NCBI GenBank assembly: GCA_963761555.1
Contig: CAVXHD010000002.1
Span: 51,622 to 115,621 of the forward strand
Direction: 5' to 3'
DNA length: 64,000 nt
Source: an uncultured Acidobacteriota bacterium
GTDB taxonomy: Bacteria > Acidobacteriota > Terriglobia > Acidiferrales > UBA7541
Below are positions 62,505-64,000 of this stretch, in pieces. Both the position numbers and the translations under genes were made by a program. The stretch's first letter is position 1, and each line of letters starts with the position of its first letter. The notes under the pieces were generated by a model, which was not told the origin of the DNA, searched no databases, and saw only the letters and a list, made by a program, of their open reading frames with translations.

Positions 62505-64000
62505 ATGGCTGAGAAAAAGTATGTGGTGCCAGAAGTTCTTGCGATCCTGCCAGTGCGGGACACGGTGCTGTTTCCAGGGGCGGTTCTTCCCCTGACGGTA
62601 GGCCGGGAGAGCTCGCTGGCGCTGGTCAACTCCTTGGAAGGCGAGGAGAAACTGTTGGGGGTTGTGGCGCAACTCGATCCCCGGGTCGAAGACCCTGCCG
62701 CCGCGGACCTGCACAAGGTGGGAACGCTGGCGAAAGTTCATAAGACCGTCAAGATGCCCAACGGAAACGTAGTGATTTTCCTGGAAGGGCTGCAGCGCGT
62801 TAACGTGGTGGAGCTGATTGGCTTGCGCCCGTTTCTGCGCGCCCGCGTGGAAGCGCAACCTGAAATTACGGGCGATGTGGATGCGGAACTCGAGGCGCTG
62901 CAGCGCAACGCGCAGGACCTCTTCCGCGACGTGGTAAGCCACTCGCCGCAACTCTCCGACGACCTGCAATCCGTGGCCATGAACATCGAAGACCCGGGCC
63001 GTTTGTCGGACTTCATCGCCGGAACGCTGCCGTCGCTTTCGACGTTGCTGCGTCAAGAGCTGATCGAAACGCCGAGCGTGCGGAAGCGGCTGGAGATGCT
63101 AATCCGCGAACTCTCGAAAGAGCTGGAAGTGCTGGAACTGCGCTCGAAGATTCACGAGCAAGTGCAAGAGCAGGTGGGCCAGAACCAGCGCGAGTACTTG
63201 CTGCGCGAGCAGATGAAAGCGATCCAGAAGGAACTCGGCGAGAGCGACGACACAGGCCAGGAGATCGACGAGCTGCGCAAGAAAGTGGACGAAGCCGGAA
63301 TGACGGCGGAAGCCAAGAAAGAGTGCGACCGCGAACTGAAGCGGCTGGCAAAAATGACGCCGGCTTCGGCGGAGTACATGGTTTCGCGGACGTATCTCGA
63401 ATGGATGACGTCGCTGCCGTGGTCGAAATCCTCCGGTGTGAGCGAGATCGACATCGCCAAGGGGAAGCAGATTCTTGACGAAGACCATTACGATTTGGCG
63501 AAAGTGAAGGAACGGATTCTCGACTATCTGGCGGTGAAGAAACTGCAGCCGGGGATGAAGGGGCCGATCCTGTGCTTTGTCGGGCCTCCAGGCGTGGGCA
63601 AAACTTCGCTTGGAAAATCGATTGCGCGGTCGCTGGGCCGCAAGTTCGTGCGCATCGCCTTGGGCGGCATGCACGATGAAGCGGAAATCCGCGGCCACCG
63701 GCGCACGTATATCGGTGCGTTGCCGGGACAGATCATTCAAGGCCTGAAGCGAGCGGAATCGAACGATCCGGTGATGATGCTGGATGAAGTCGACAAACTG
63801 GGGCGCGACTTCCGAGGCGATCCGTCTTCGGCGTTGATGGAAGTGCTCGATCCGGAACAGAACAACGCATTCCGCGATCACTACCTGGATGTGCCGTTCG
63901 ATCTATCGAAAGTGCTGTTCATCGCCACGGCGAACTGGATGGATCCCATCCCGGAACCGCTGCGAGACCGCATGGAGATTATCGAATTGCCTGGGTACAC
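62505..64000 (+). CDS. lon: ATP-dependent Lon protease (N-terminal ~498 codons; continues past right edge)
   Basis: Absent from the ORF track because no stop lies in the window. My translation from the ATG at 62505 reads [37 protein letters not shown]. Later come the Walker [19 protein letters not shown] and MMLDEVDKL. Confidence 0.95.
   Translation, partial: MAEKKYVVPEVLAILPVRDTVLFPGAVLPLTVGRESSLALVNSLEGEEKLLGVVAQLDPRVEDPAAADLHKVGTLAKVHKTVKMPNGNVVIFLEGLQRVNVVELIGLRPFLRARVEAQPEITGDVDAELEALQRNAQDLFRDVVSHSPQLSDDLQSVAMNIEDPGRLSDFIAGTLPSLSTLLRQELIETPSVRKRLEMLIRELSKELEVLELRSKIHEQVQEQVGQNQREYLLREQMKAIQKELGESDDTGQEIDELRKKVDEAGMTAEAKKECDRELKRLAKMTPASAEYMVSRTYLEWMTSLPWSKSSGVSEIDIAKGKQILDEDHYDLAKVKERILDYLAVKKLQPGMKGPILCFVGPPGVGKTSLGKSIARSLGRKFVRIALGGMHDEAEIRGHRRTYIGALPGQIIQGLKRAESNDPVMMLDEVDKLGRDFRGDPSSALMEVLDPEQNNAFRDHYLDVPFDLSKVLFIATANWMDPIPEPLRDRMEIIELPGY

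Noticed and set aside
62388-63881. 222-aa and 260-aa minus-strand ORFs
   Set aside because: They are antisense to lon, which is missing from the ORF track only because it has no stop inside the window.
1-64000. Search for tRNA, rRNA, transposase, integrase and PEP-CTERM tails
   Set aside because: No cloverleaf-like segments, rRNA-like stretches or recombinase motifs were seen. No ORF ends in a PEP motif followed by a TM helix and a basic tail.

Overview
GC-rich bacterial chromosomal segment. Gene content, domain architectures and short-repeat families look Acidobacteriota-like, but the taxon is inference only.

- **1-27.6 kb: exosortase/PEP-CTERM-type exopolysaccharide (EPS) locus.** A co-directional minus-strand gene string of more than 19.6 kb runs from a NusG paralogue through a priming sugar transferase, nucleotide-sugar modification genes, glycosyltransferases, an AsnB-like amidotransferase, a polysaccharide deacetylase, a FemAB-like gene, a GNAT gene and a VOC-fold gene. 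The locus also holds a divergent exosortase gene, a BY-kinase with a chain-length determinant, a frameshifted PrsT-like TPR lipoprotein gene and a VanZ-like gene.
- **27.6-33.3 kb: two repeat-rich lipoprotein genes.** One is a reading frame of about 1300 codons built from Ig-like repeats (8 x 267 bp tandem array). About seven frame disruptions break it.
- **33.8-40.7 kb: sigma-54 / c-di-GMP regulatory island.** It contains two sigma-54 activators, a frameshifted PAS histidine kinase, two single-domain PilZ genes and a GGDEF-PilZ cyclase.
- **41-64 kb: housekeeping genes with accessory modules.** rpmE, a long thyX-like gene, prfA-prmC, dinB, cca and lon are interleaved with five type II toxin-antitoxin modules and a Ser/Thr kinase-PEGA-FGE-hydrolase fusion. 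Several short dispersed repeat families occur here, and two copies lie in frame inside coding genes (prmC and a Rieske oxygenase).
- **Not seen:** no rRNA, tRNA, CRISPR, transposase or integrase was found.

The most interesting hypothesis is an EPS operon wired to c-di-GMP and sigma-54. Its priming sugar transferase carries an N-terminal degenerate GGDEF domain that keeps an RxxD I-site. A -24/-12 type promoter motif and a NusG paralogue lead the operon. Four further -24/-12 motifs sit upstream of the PilZ, cyclase, activator and TPR genes.

All family calls come from reading motifs by eye. No searches were run.
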